Assembly (NCBI GenBank): GCA_048499955.1
Contig: JASNYX010000001.1
Location: 66,452-130,451 of the forward strand
DNA length: 64,000 nucleotides
From: Patescibacteria group bacterium
Lineage (GTDB): Bacteria > Patescibacteriota > WWE3 > 2-01-FULL-39-13
Direction: 5' to 3'
Positions 38,801 through 47,184 of the stretch are shown one piece after another. Every line of letters begins with the position of its first letter. Position 1 is the first letter of the stretch. Under the pieces are notes generated by a model, which was not told where the DNA came from, searched no databases, and saw only the letters and a list, made by a program, of their open reading frames with translations. The position numbers and the translations under genes are program-made.

Positions 38801-39544
38801 ATGAGCGATCAATTTCCACCTATATTTCAAATTACTAATGCTTCTGAACTTCCCGAAAAAGATCTTGCAGAAATGCTTTTCGTTTCTCAAAATGCACCTG
38901 AGGCATGGCAAACTCGAGTTATTATGGTATTTCCTGAGCTTGCAAACTACAGCGGGCAGGTACTAAAAGGTGCCGAAATTATGAACGGAACTAACCGTGG
39001 AGATAAAGTATTTGCTGATAGTGTTGATTATGCTTGTCAGGTACATTGGATGCTTTCACATACTGCAAACATAGCAAGCAAACCGGAGACTAGATCGGCC
39101 ATTTCTCTCGAATCTAGTGAAGATTCCAATTTGCGAAAAATGCTTCAAGATGTAGATGTTAAAAACAACCCATCAGATGTGGTCGATGTAATAGTACCGA
39201 GGCTAAAAATATTCTATGATCGATTTGGAGCATCATTTAGGATCGAAGACGATACAACTGGGATAGCTGTTTATGTTTATAACCAGAGCTCGCTTAGACC
39301 GGGTGATCCCGCAATAATCGAAGAATATCATGATCAACCAATGGATCATCTTTCTTACTATTTCAAGGTCACCGATTATCGCAATAATGCACGCTATGAG
39401 ATATCTATTGCCGGAGAGCCGGACAGTGAAGGTCGGTCGACCGGTGATTTCCTTGCAACTCTAGGTGTCGGAGTAGGTGATAACGAAGATTATTCTAGAT
39501 ATTTTACTGTGAATCGGGCTATAGGAAATGTTGATGGGTTATAA
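38801..39544 (+). CDS. Hypothetical acidic soluble protein
   Basis: Long ORF with no recognisable motifs. Confidence 0.35.
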   Translation: MSDQFPPIFQITNASELPEKDLAEMLFVSQNAPEAWQTRVIMVFPELANYSGQVLKGAEIMNGTNRGDKVFADSVDYACQVHWMLSHTANIASKPETRSAISLESSEDSNLRKMLQDVDVKNNPSDVVDVIVPRLKIFYDRFGASFRIEDDTTGIAVYVYNQSSLRPGDPAIIEEYHDQPMDHLSYYFKVTDYRNNARYEISIAGEPDSEGRSTGDFLATLGVGVGDNEDYSRYFTVNRAIGNVDGL

Positions 39545-39774
39545 TTGCCAGCAACTTAAATAATGATGATTCGCTAGACCTTGTGTTGGCTAGCCTCATT
39601 TGAGAAAGCCAGTTTATGTTAGATTCTCTTCAAAAGAATTCAACCGATTATTGTTGCAATAGTTAATTTTTCTTAACCTGTGGCATTTCAAAATTTTCTC
39701 GCATTCGTGATCTGAAGCTTGAGAGTGTTGAAGGTTATGACGCCTATCATGTTTATGTCAGAATGAGGGCATAA

Positions 39775-39810
39775 AAGCCTCGTCTTAGCTTTGCTCGACG
39801 AGGTTTTTTA
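39775..39810 (+). terminator. Intrinsic terminator
   Basis: gcctcgtc...gacgagg followed by T6. Confidence 0.45.
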
Positions 39811-39904
39811 AAATCCACCTTTATCTCTATCTCAAATTTGCTTATTGATGGCGGTGTTAGCTTTGCCCTAACAGTGCTACCTGTGTACCCTGTCTGTTCA
39901 TTAG

Positions 39905-39933
39905 GTTGACATCCTGCTCGACCCATAGTATAC
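39905..39933 (+). promoter_or_regulatory. Consensus-like sigma-70 promoter TTGACA-17-TATACT
   Basis: Exact hexamers at 17-nt spacing, 57 nt upstream of the 39990 ATG. Confidence 0.5.
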
Positions 39934-39989
39934 TCGTCTGTTCTGTCGATAGTTCATGTAAGAGCTGAGATAGATCATAAATTAATGCT

Positions 39990-40649
39990 ATGAGCAATGT
40001 AATGGAGTCTGAGGTTTTTGACGTTAATACGTTAAGCACATTCACAAGCGAAAGCATTCCCCTCGAAGTGGGATCCTTCGCAAAACAAATGGCCGATAGC
40101 TGGTCTAACTATGCTAGAGCCGTAGCTCCTGATCTCGATGTTCCAGAGCTGGAAATACAAAACGAACTTGAGTCTCCGTTTGATATACACTCGGATACTT
40201 ACGACCGTGTTGCCACTTTGGTTAATCACTTATCGGCATATCTCAATATTGCGAAAGAACGATTTGCACCGTTAGTTAGACAGGTTCCTGATATACATAC
40301 CTGGAAAGAATTGGTTGAAGGTTATAATGATCCTCACTGGCCTGTTTTAGGTGTTATGAGTGAAGATACTCGTGATCTTTTATTGATCTGGGATCCTAGA
40401 AATTATCTTGAAGTCCGAATGAGCCGAAGTTCAGCTAATGACGAAAGCTCAGACCAACACGACAACACTATGTTTTTTAGAATCACAGACCGATACCGTG
40501 AAATCGCACAAATAGTTTCAGTTAAAGAAATGGCTGAAGACAAAAGAGCCATGGTAGGGTTATCAGCTTACAAATATAAAACCGCGAACGAATTTGAAGC
40601 AGTAGAAGGAGCAACGATGAGAGTTGAGCAGGTTGTGGAGATGGTTTGA
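39990..40649 (+). CDS. Hypothetical acidic protein
   Basis: ORF downstream of a strong promoter with no recognisable motifs. Confidence 0.35.
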   Translation: MSNVMESEVFDVNTLSTFTSESIPLEVGSFAKQMADSWSNYARAVAPDLDVPELEIQNELESPFDIHSDTYDRVATLVNHLSAYLNIAKERFAPLVRQVPDIHTWKELVEGYNDPHWPVLGVMSEDTRDLLLIWDPRNYLEVRMSRSSANDESSDQHDNTMFFRITDRYREIAQIVSVKEMAEDKRAMVGLSAYKYKTANEFEAVEGATMRVEQVVEMV

Positions 40650-40668
40650 GAATAAAAATAGTAATGAA

Positions 40669-40777
40669 ATCATTTGGGTCCAATTTTAGGGCAGGATAAA
40701 TTGGATCCAAATGAGCCAAGAAGAATTTCTTGTTGGTTCGAATTTGGCATTTTTGCCAAGTACATTTAAATAGTATG
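40669..40777. repeat. Repeat copy A (about 109 bp), the composite of repeats B and C
   Basis: atcatttgggtccaatt...atgagccaagaagaa...ttggcatttttgccaagtacatttaaatagtatg. The left part is about 80% identical to copy B, and the right 18 nt is identical to copy C. Confidence 0.6.
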
Positions 40778-40970
40778 AGCAAAAGATGTTTCAGTTATTC
40801 ATTTGTTGAATAATCTGTATCTCTGACTGCTTATATGCGCGCTAGCGAAGATTAAAAGGAAATCTCCTTTTCGAATCAAATTCTGTGCTTCACCGCATTA
40901 GAGAATCATAACGATGGTTTTCTGGTGTGGTGAAGTACGTGAAGTTTGAATATAGACAAGGAGAAGAAAG

Positions 40971-42128
40971 ATGAAATTGCGAAAAGTTCTGTTGATCTTG
41001 GCGTTTTCTCTTGGTATGGGGTTACTCACTCTTCCGTTGTTGGCTGTTAAGGCTCAGGATGATGGGTCCCATAACGATCTGATGATTGTTGATGTCAGCA
41101 TCGATTCTGTTACTGTGTCCAGTAGCTTTACCGATTCGGTGGTGACAAAAGTGCATTTGTATGAGTGGATTACTGAGGGCAATCCCCCGGTGTTTCATGA
41201 ATATGAATTGATGATTCCCGCAAACGGAGTTGCAAGTGCTACGATCACTGCTACTAATTCAAGGTACGCCTTGGAAGCGGTGGTGGATCCAGACGGCCTT
41301 GTAGAAGAGACGGACGAGACGAACAACTCGAAGTACGTATGCTTGGGTTGTGAAACGCCTACGCCAGAGCCGATGGAGACATCCACGCCAGAGCCGACTG
41401 CAACTGATATCCCGGAGGTGACACCCACCAGCCAAGATGTGTGCCAAAATCCGCCTGCTATCCAGTATGTTGTGCAGGATAATAATGTTCATTTCTCCTT
41501 TGGCTGTCTTGTCCTGTGGCATTTGTACTATGATGGTGTTTTCCATTCATACGGCAATGACCAGGTTTTGGTTGTGAGTTTGGGTGACTTCGAAACCTCG
41601 ATTGAGGTGGTGTCTGCGCCAGATAGTGGTGCGAAAAAACTCTACCTGACAAAGGAGAGTTTGGTAGCAACGCCAGTCCCCAGTCCGACGGAGACGATCC
41701 AGCCGGAAGAAACGGCAACGCCAGTCCCTAGCCCGACGGAGACGACCCAGCCGGAAGAAACGGCAACGCCAGTCCCTAGCCCGACGGAGACGATCCAGCC
41801 GGAAGAAACGGCAACGCCAGTCCCTAGCCCGACGGAGACGATCCAGCCGGATCCATCCGAAGTTAAGGTCGTCAACGAACGAATTCAGGCGTCTATCAGT
41901 GGTGACTCTGGAGTGGTAGTTCACGTGTATTCGTGGGAAGGGAACGACTCTGAGTTTCACCATTTCATTACGGATGGTAACAACGTTGTGTTTCCTTTTA
42001 CGGGTTTGACCTTGATGGAAATCTGGGTGGACCCGGATGATAACCATGGCTTGAAAGCATACTATCGCTTTGTTATCACCGATGGAGTGGTTATTGGTCC
42101 GCTTCACCTCCCCCTCATCTTCAACTAG
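40971..42128 (+). CDS. Secreted CARDB-domain protein with a Pro/Thr-rich tandem-repeat linker, encoded at about 53% GC
   Basis: Signal peptide. The CARDB signature ends in VVDPDGLVEETDETNN. Four 16-aa repeats of ATPVPSPTETIQPEET. AGGAGAAG RBS. Confidence 0.6.
   Translation: MKLRKVLLILAFSLGMGLLTLPLLAVKAQDDGSHNDLMIVDVSIDSVTVSSSFTDSVVTKVHLYEWITEGNPPVFHEYELMIPANGVASATITATNSRYALEAVVDPDGLVEETDETNNSKYVCLGCETPTPEPMETSTPEPTATDIPEVTPTSQDVCQNPPAIQYVVQDNNVHFSFGCLVLWHLYYDGVFHSYGNDQVLVVSLGDFETSIEVVSAPDSGAKKLYLTKESLVATPVPSPTETIQPEETATPVPSPTETTQPEETATPVPSPTETIQPEETATPVPSPTETIQPDPSEVKVVNERIQASISGDSGVVVHVYSWEGNDSEFHHFITDGNNVVFPFTGLTLMEIWVDPDDNHGLKAYYRFVITDGVVIGPLHLPLIFN
41667..41855 (+). repeat. Tandem 48-bp repeat of about 3.9 copies inside the CARDB gene
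   Basis: The unit gcaacgccagtcccYagYccgacggagacgaYccagccggaagaaacg recurs with 1-3 substitutions per copy. Confidence 0.85.
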
Positions 42129-42285
42129 CGCGCTCGACTAGATTCCGAAACGGAAATGTTTTGATATGCATCTCGCATGTCGCAAAAAACAAATCCCAAG
42201 TAAGAATCTAGTCTAGCTCTTTCTAAAGATGAAGCTCCCCGGAGTTTGATCTTTAAGACGAGCTAAGCTCACGCACATTAAATAA

Positions 42286-42360
42286 ATCATTTAGGTCCAA
42301 TTTCCCCAAAGTGGATCTTAATGAGCAAAGAAGGAAACTCCTTTGCCAAAGTCTTTGAAG
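42286..42360. repeat. Repeat copy B (left module)
   Basis: atcatttaggtccaatttcc...atgagcaaagaaggaa...ctttgccaaagtctttgaag. Confidence 0.55.
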
Positions 42361-42405
42361 GATGCCTTCATGGATTTGTACAGTCAAACACGAAGACCCA
42401 TAGTA

Positions 42406-42434
42406 TTGACGTTTTGCATGCTAAATGCTAGAAT
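42406..42434 (+). promoter_or_regulatory. Sigma-70 promoter TTGACG-17-TAGAAT inside the island intergenic region
   Basis: Exact 17-nt spacing, about 385 nt upstream of the 42818 ATG. Confidence 0.4.
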
Positions 42435-42576
42435 CGTCAAGCAATTGTAGTGCCTTTGTTGCGCTCAGAGTATGAATTTTTATTTTGGAAGTTAAGTTTC
42501 GACTTTCAGAATAAGTCAAGGAAGTTTTCTTCGTTGACTTGTACTTCGCTTGAATTTTCGAGCGATGGAAGATACA

Positions 42577-42616
42577 GCATTTGCCAAGGTCTTCAAAAGT
42601 ACATTTAAATAGTATG
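42577..42616. repeat. Repeat copy C (right module)
   Basis: cagcatttgccaaggtcttcaaaagtacatttaaatagtatg shares the terminal gtacatttaaatagtatg with copy A. Confidence 0.55.
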
Positions 42617-42817
42617 TCTTAAGGGAAGAAGCTATTCTATTTGCAGAACAGTTTCCCAGTTATAGACATACCCCAACACACTAAATTTTAAGATTTCCTT
42701 TCTAGGAAAGTGAACGAATAGACGATGTGATTGGTACTGCGTTGAGGTAAGGTTCTCGACGTTATTTCGATGTAGTACAAATCAACGTTCGTTTTTCAAT
42801 TCAACAGGAGACATATC

Positions 42818-44149
42818 ATGTGGTGGTTATTGATGGTATTGGCTTGGATCGCCTTTGGCGTTGCACTGGTTGCACTTACTGCCAAGGGCATTATGTGGTT
42901 TCGGCAAGGTCGTGCATGGCCTTATCGCAGTGGTCGAACACCCGTGTTCGCAATTGCTGCGGCCGTCTCGTTTGTGTTGGTTTTTGTTTTTGCAGGACTC
43001 GCTCTTGCGAGAGCTCCGTTCCCACAGTTTTCAGCTCCGGTTGGCACTCTTGCTCAAAGCAGAGCAGCTGCACAGCTTCCAGAGTTCACTCTTGGGAATG
43101 AAGCACCCGCACCTTCGGAGCAGATGCCGCAAGTTGGAGACTCGGCAATTGCACAATCAAACCCGACCTCAACACCGGCTGTTCATGTTCAGCCCACTGC
43201 GCCTGTGACTACAGCTCAAAGTGCATCCACTGTGATCATGCAAACCTGGGAAAACACCAAGTTCCAGGAGTGGACTGCACTGATGGCGGAAATGGCTCGT
43301 GTGAATGAGTGGTCGAAGCTGAAAGGTCCAGCAGTCCCGTTGGTAGAAACCTCTGAAGTAGGCCAAAATGACGCACCTGCGGTGACCCCTTATTCGATTT
43401 GGGGAATTTTCACCGGCCATGGTGACTTCGAGTACGGGACTGTCCGGTTTGGTTGGCAATATCGCAGGGGTACGTTGTACGTTGCGCTTTTCGAGAATCA
43501 GACTGAGGAGCCTTTGCAGTTCCGGGCCCGAAATATTCCGGTTGGTGGAACCTCGGCAGTTGAGTACAACAGCTATGAGCATGTGAATATCGAAGCACTG
43601 GCCGGACTTCCTTTGTTGGATGGGCGTAATTTCCACTGTGGTATCCGTTGCGACAGCGTTGTCGTGACGCATATTGTTCACACCAATAATGGTGACGTCC
43701 GCCAAGACTACGAGTTCAACCTCACCGGCATGGTTAACAAGCCAGCAGCAACAGGCCCAGCCTCTATGGTTGTGACGTCCTCTCAGCCAACTGCTGTGAG
43801 TACGCCTGCTGTAGATAGCAGTAATCTGGAGGAGTCTCCTGCGGAAATCTGCGGCGAAGCGTTCATTCAAGATTGGCGTTCGAGCTCACCCAAATTCCCT
43901 GTTCGGGATGGCTACCAGTTGTGGATCACCACAGACCCTGCTTCTGTAGATGGAAAACAGAAATCTGCAACGAGGCTCGTCATCTTATCCGATTTGTCTC
44001 TCAACCTTTCCGAGGTTGCCATTGGTGACCAAGGTCACGCCAACAGCTTCGGTTGTTTGGTCAAAGGGCAGATCACTAAGGAGAAGATCGACCAATTGAT
44101 GCAGAGCATGCCGGGCGCCGTTCTTCTTGATCTCCGAGCCAAAGGCTAG
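42818..44149 (+). CDS. Hypothetical membrane protein (2 N-terminal TM segments, Ala/Pro/Thr-rich linker, large extracytoplasmic domain), high-GC
   Basis: AGGAG RBS. A 443-aa ORF in a roughly 53% GC segment. The many overlapping alternative-frame ORFs on both strands here are compositional artefacts. Confidence 0.5.
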   Translation: MWWLLMVLAWIAFGVALVALTAKGIMWFRQGRAWPYRSGRTPVFAIAAAVSFVLVFVFAGLALARAPFPQFSAPVGTLAQSRAAAQLPEFTLGNEAPAPSEQMPQVGDSAIAQSNPTSTPAVHVQPTAPVTTAQSASTVIMQTWENTKFQEWTALMAEMARVNEWSKLKGPAVPLVETSEVGQNDAPAVTPYSIWGIFTGHGDFEYGTVRFGWQYRRGTLYVALFENQTEEPLQFRARNIPVGGTSAVEYNSYEHVNIEALAGLPLLDGRNFHCGIRCDSVVVTHIVHTNNGDVRQDYEFNLTGMVNKPAATGPASMVVTSSQPTAVSTPAVDSSNLEESPAEICGEAFIQDWRSSSPKFPVRDGYQLWITTDPASVDGKQKSATRLVILSDLSLNLSEVAIGDQGHANSFGCLVKGQITKEKIDQLMQSMPGAVLLDLRAKG

Positions 44150-44437
44150 TGTGTTGGGTTGCTAACCTATAGGGTTAGCAGGGGTCGGGCGAATGCTCGA
44201 GAATTTTCCTTGGCGATTTTTGCCATGTGAACATTTTCGAATCCATTCGACCCGACCTACACACTTTTTGAGTCTTGGAAGTTTTCTTCAAAGATTCGAA
44301 AAGTGTTTCCATTTGATATAAAAAAGGTTGCCTTTCAATAGGCTTTGTTTTGCACACTAAAATCGACCTTTTAGGCGAGATACATAGAAGTATGAATTAC
44401 TTTCGTGTTTCTAGAAGTCTGAGCTTAGGAGGTCAAG

Positions 44438-44698
44438 ATGAGATCCTTGCTGGCAGTTTTGAGTGCTTTGGCATGGGGATTTGTCACCCTTGTGTTTTTA
44501 CTGGCGATGTTTTTCCCAGGCATCCCCCATCGGGTAAATTTCGTGCTAGACACCAACGCCGCCGATGCAGACCGTACTGCGGTCGTGGGCATCTACGCTT
44601 TCCACAGCCCTGCAGAAAGCGCAGGTCACATCCCCACCGGGCGTGCCGAGCTTAGGCTCGTCAGAGATGTAGGGCTAATGCTCTACATCGGCCCGTAG
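44438..44698 (+). CDS. Small membrane or secreted protein of 86 aa
   Basis: TAGGAGGT RBS 7 nt upstream, and an N-terminal hydrophobic segment. Confidence 0.35.
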   Translation: MRSLLAVLSALAWGFVTLVFLLAMFFPGIPHRVNFVLDTNAADADRTAVVGIYAFHSPAESAGHIPTGRAELRLVRDVGLMLYIGP

Positions 44699-44703
44699 GG
44701 CGA

Positions 44704-44783
44704 AGACCGGACAGATTGTTCGAATTGTTTTTGGTTCATCGCGAACCATTCACCCAATTCGATGTTTTCTTTCTGTCCGGTCT
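44704..44783. repeat. Long imperfect inverted repeat at the right edge of the high-GC segment
   Basis: Perfect 11-bp arms agaccggacag / ctgtccggtct with nested cgaattg / caattcg and ggttc / gaacc palindromes. Confidence 0.6.
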
Positions 44784-44947
44784 AGAAGTTTTAGTTCTTT
44801 TTCAAATAAGCAGATCATTGAGGTTTCTAAATGCCGAGATGAAATTCTGAATATTTGAAAATGAATTAATGAGTGTTTCGTATGCTGATGAGGTTTTTCT
44901 GCATTTTTGCAAAGAGTTGAGTTTTGTTGGAGAATAAAAACATAAAT

Positions 44948-47176
44948 ATGCAAGAAATTAATCAAACTACAACTGTTGCGAAAAATAATATATCCGGCTC
45001 AATCAACCGTAAAACCCTGCAACTTAACGAAATAAGCACTAAATCTAGAAGCATGGGAGCAGACACCGGAATCATTTCCCGATACGTTAATAAATTCAAA
45101 TCAGATGATTTTAACCTGGCACTTCTTGGCCTTTTACTTTTCCATATAGGCATTTTTGTAATATTTCAAATAATCGATCGTTCGAATCAAACTTGGGATA
45201 GCGCCGGTCATATCGGTATGAGCTATAACATTGTTGAACAACTTAAATTATGGGCAAGAGGAGATATTGGAACCATTGATTTATTGAGAACCTCTGATTA
45301 TTATCCTCCTTTTGTTCAGGCTCTTGGTGCTGTATTGGTAATGATATTTGGGTATGGTAGTAATCTGATTCTTTCACTAACCTTATTCTTTTACCTGCTG
45401 GCAATTATATTTTTATACGTTGATATTAAACTCATTGGGGGAAGCTCCAGAAAAGCTTTCTTTGCCTCATTCGTATTTTCGTTATTTCCTCAGGTTTTTG
45501 AACAATCACGTGTTTTTCATTTAGATTTACCGTTGGTTGCTTTATTGTTAATCGCCTTTTACTTCTTTGTAAAAAGCAAAGGTTTGCAGATCACCAGATA
45601 TACAGTGTGGTTTGCTTTGTTTTTTGCTTTTGCTCAATTAACCAAATGGTACGGGTTTATATACTTGGCTATCCCTTGTTTGGCTTATTTTGTATATTTC
45701 CAAAAACAGGGAATTAACACCAAAGAGCTTGTTAAGAATGCTTTAATTTCAGCCGGAATAGTTGCTGTTGTAGCACTCCCTTGGTACATAGCTAATTACA
45801 ATCGGCTCGTAGAGTATTCGAGCATATTTTCTACCGGAGAAATTGATGATCCTCAGTTTTTTTGGTCGTTTTACAACTTCTTTTACTACCCGACAAGAAT
45901 ATTGTCCCACCAGTTGTTTTTACTACCCTCGTTGATAGTTTTGGCGTCCCTGGGTTTTCTGTATAAAAGAAATAAAAATAAGTTTTGGATAATATTAGCT
46001 TCGATTATTGTGCCTATGTTTGTTTTCACAGTCGTAGGTAATAAAAATCTAAGGTATGTGTTCCCATTAACGCCGGTATTTGCTTATCTGATTACTGATT
46101 TTCTATACAATCTGCCACATACGTGGAATTCTGTGTCGAGGCCATTAAAAGCTGCACTTGTCGGTTATTTAGCATTTGCGTTTTTCTTTACATCTTTTAA
46201 TCAGATAAAAGCCCAATCCGAAATACTTAAGCCGATCGGAATGTTGTTTTCGGCGAATTATTACAATGTTTGGGTATACGAGCCACAGCTTTATTCATAT
46301 AACCGTGATTACTGGCCGATAGATGAAATTTGGGATTTTATTGCTCTTGATTCAGGAAACTTTCAGGAGGTTTTTGGAGTAACTCCGCTCTTTGATAAGA
46401 GAAATCTTTCATTGGCTACCTTTGAATTAATGAGACGTGAAAATGGTTATACGAAAGCCTATGTTCCTGTTCCTTACTTTCAGTTTGAACCTTTTGGATC
46501 TGAAACCGAAATACTTGATTACCTGAATGAAAATAATGTGAAATATGTTCTAGTAACTGAAGACCCAGGACCAATAGGTTTAAGGAACTATGCTGTTTTA
46601 GATCAAATGACCAAGTATTTCTTATCAAGAAGGAATGCATATTATGAACAGGTCAAAACTTTTGAATTACCTGACGGTTACACTTTGAAGGTTTTCAAGA
46701 GATTGCCCCCAGGTCAGAAACTTGATTACACCGTAAGCGCTCAATGTAAATCTGACGCAGGACTCGACGACGGTATTGAAACTATACAGCTAAGAAGAAA
46801 TCATACCTATGTGTTCTATACCGGACACTACGGCTTAGACCGTACAGTTAAAGCTTTCGAAGAAGGAACCATTTACATCGTGCAGATTGAAAATATCCCA
46901 CACGAGAGCAATTTAGATGTCTACAATTTACCTCACGTTGGAACCGGAATGTGTATTTTCGACACTATTGATATTGATCTAACTGACGCCATTAGACGGC
47001 CATTAATCGAGCCAAATCACTGTGCCGTTGACTGCGAGAAAGTTGTACACATCAAGTGGGTAGTCGGAGATGCTGAACCTGTCGAAACCATATACTACAG
47101 AGGCGATTTCACTACTGAAGAAGATGTCGGAGTCGTTGAAGACGCTGGAATGCTGGATTCAGGAATCGTTAATTAA
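44948..47176 (+). CDS. GT-C-fold membrane glycosyltransferase (GT39/GT83, PMT/ArnT-like) with a large C-terminal soluble domain
   Basis: About 11 TM segments. A first-loop WDSAGHIGMSYN motif, in the position of the DE motif of PMT/ArnT. The ORF track begins at TTG 44924; the first ATG is at 44948. Confidence 0.45.
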   Translation: MQEINQTTTVAKNNISGSINRKTLQLNEISTKSRSMGADTGIISRYVNKFKSDDFNLALLGLLLFHIGIFVIFQIIDRSNQTWDSAGHIGMSYNIVEQLKLWARGDIGTIDLLRTSDYYPPFVQALGAVLVMIFGYGSNLILSLTLFFYLLAIIFLYVDIKLIGGSSRKAFFASFVFSLFPQVFEQSRVFHLDLPLVALLLIAFYFFVKSKGLQITRYTVWFALFFAFAQLTKWYGFIYLAIPCLAYFVYFQKQGINTKELVKNALISAGIVAVVALPWYIANYNRLVEYSSIFSTGEIDDPQFFWSFYNFFYYPTRILSHQLFLLPSLIVLASLGFLYKRNKNKFWIILASIIVPMFVFTVVGNKNLRYVFPLTPVFAYLITDFLYNLPHTWNSVSRPLKAALVGYLAFAFFFTSFNQIKAQSEILKPIGMLFSANYYNVWVYEPQLYSYNRDYWPIDEIWDFIALDSGNFQEVFGVTPLFDKRNLSLATFELMRRENGYTKAYVPVPYFQFEPFGSETEILDYLNENNVKYVLVTEDPGPIGLRNYAVLDQMTKYFLSRRNAYYEQVKTFELPDGYTLKVFKRLPPGQKLDYTVSAQCKSDAGLDDGIETIQLRRNHTYVFYTGHYGLDRTVKAFEEGTIYIVQIENIPHESNLDVYNLPHVGTGMCIFDTIDIDLTDAIRRPLIEPNHCAVDCEKVVHIKWVVGDAEPVETIYYRGDFTTEEDVGVVEDAGMLDSGIVN

Positions 47177-47184
47177 CAAATCCC

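Noticed and set aside
39740-39769. A 9-codon mini-ORF (MTPIMFMSE) with a weak RBS just upstream of the terminator at 39775
   Set aside because: It is too short and unconserved to call. It is noted only as a possible leader peptide within the finding on the sigma-factor neighbourhood.
41667-41855. Possible CRISPR array, given regularly spaced repeats
   Set aside because: The repeats are directly tandem with no spacers, in-frame within a CDS, and encode a PT-rich linker. No CRISPR-like repeat-spacer architecture exists anywhere in the window.
41195-42107. Several long minus-strand and alternative-frame ORFs (for example 41547..42107, 41642..41875, 41259..41546) with Arg/Trp-rich repetitive translations
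   Set aside because: They lie antisense to or overlap the CARDB gene inside the GC-rich tandem-repeat region. Their repetitive translations (RRARDWRCRFF...) are by-products of the 48-bp repeats and the high GC, not genes.
44350-44655. A 101-aa ORF with an Arg/Cys/His-rich translation
   Set aside because: It overlaps the better-supported 44438..44698 ORF in another frame, has no RBS, and has the composition typical of spurious GC-rich ORFs.
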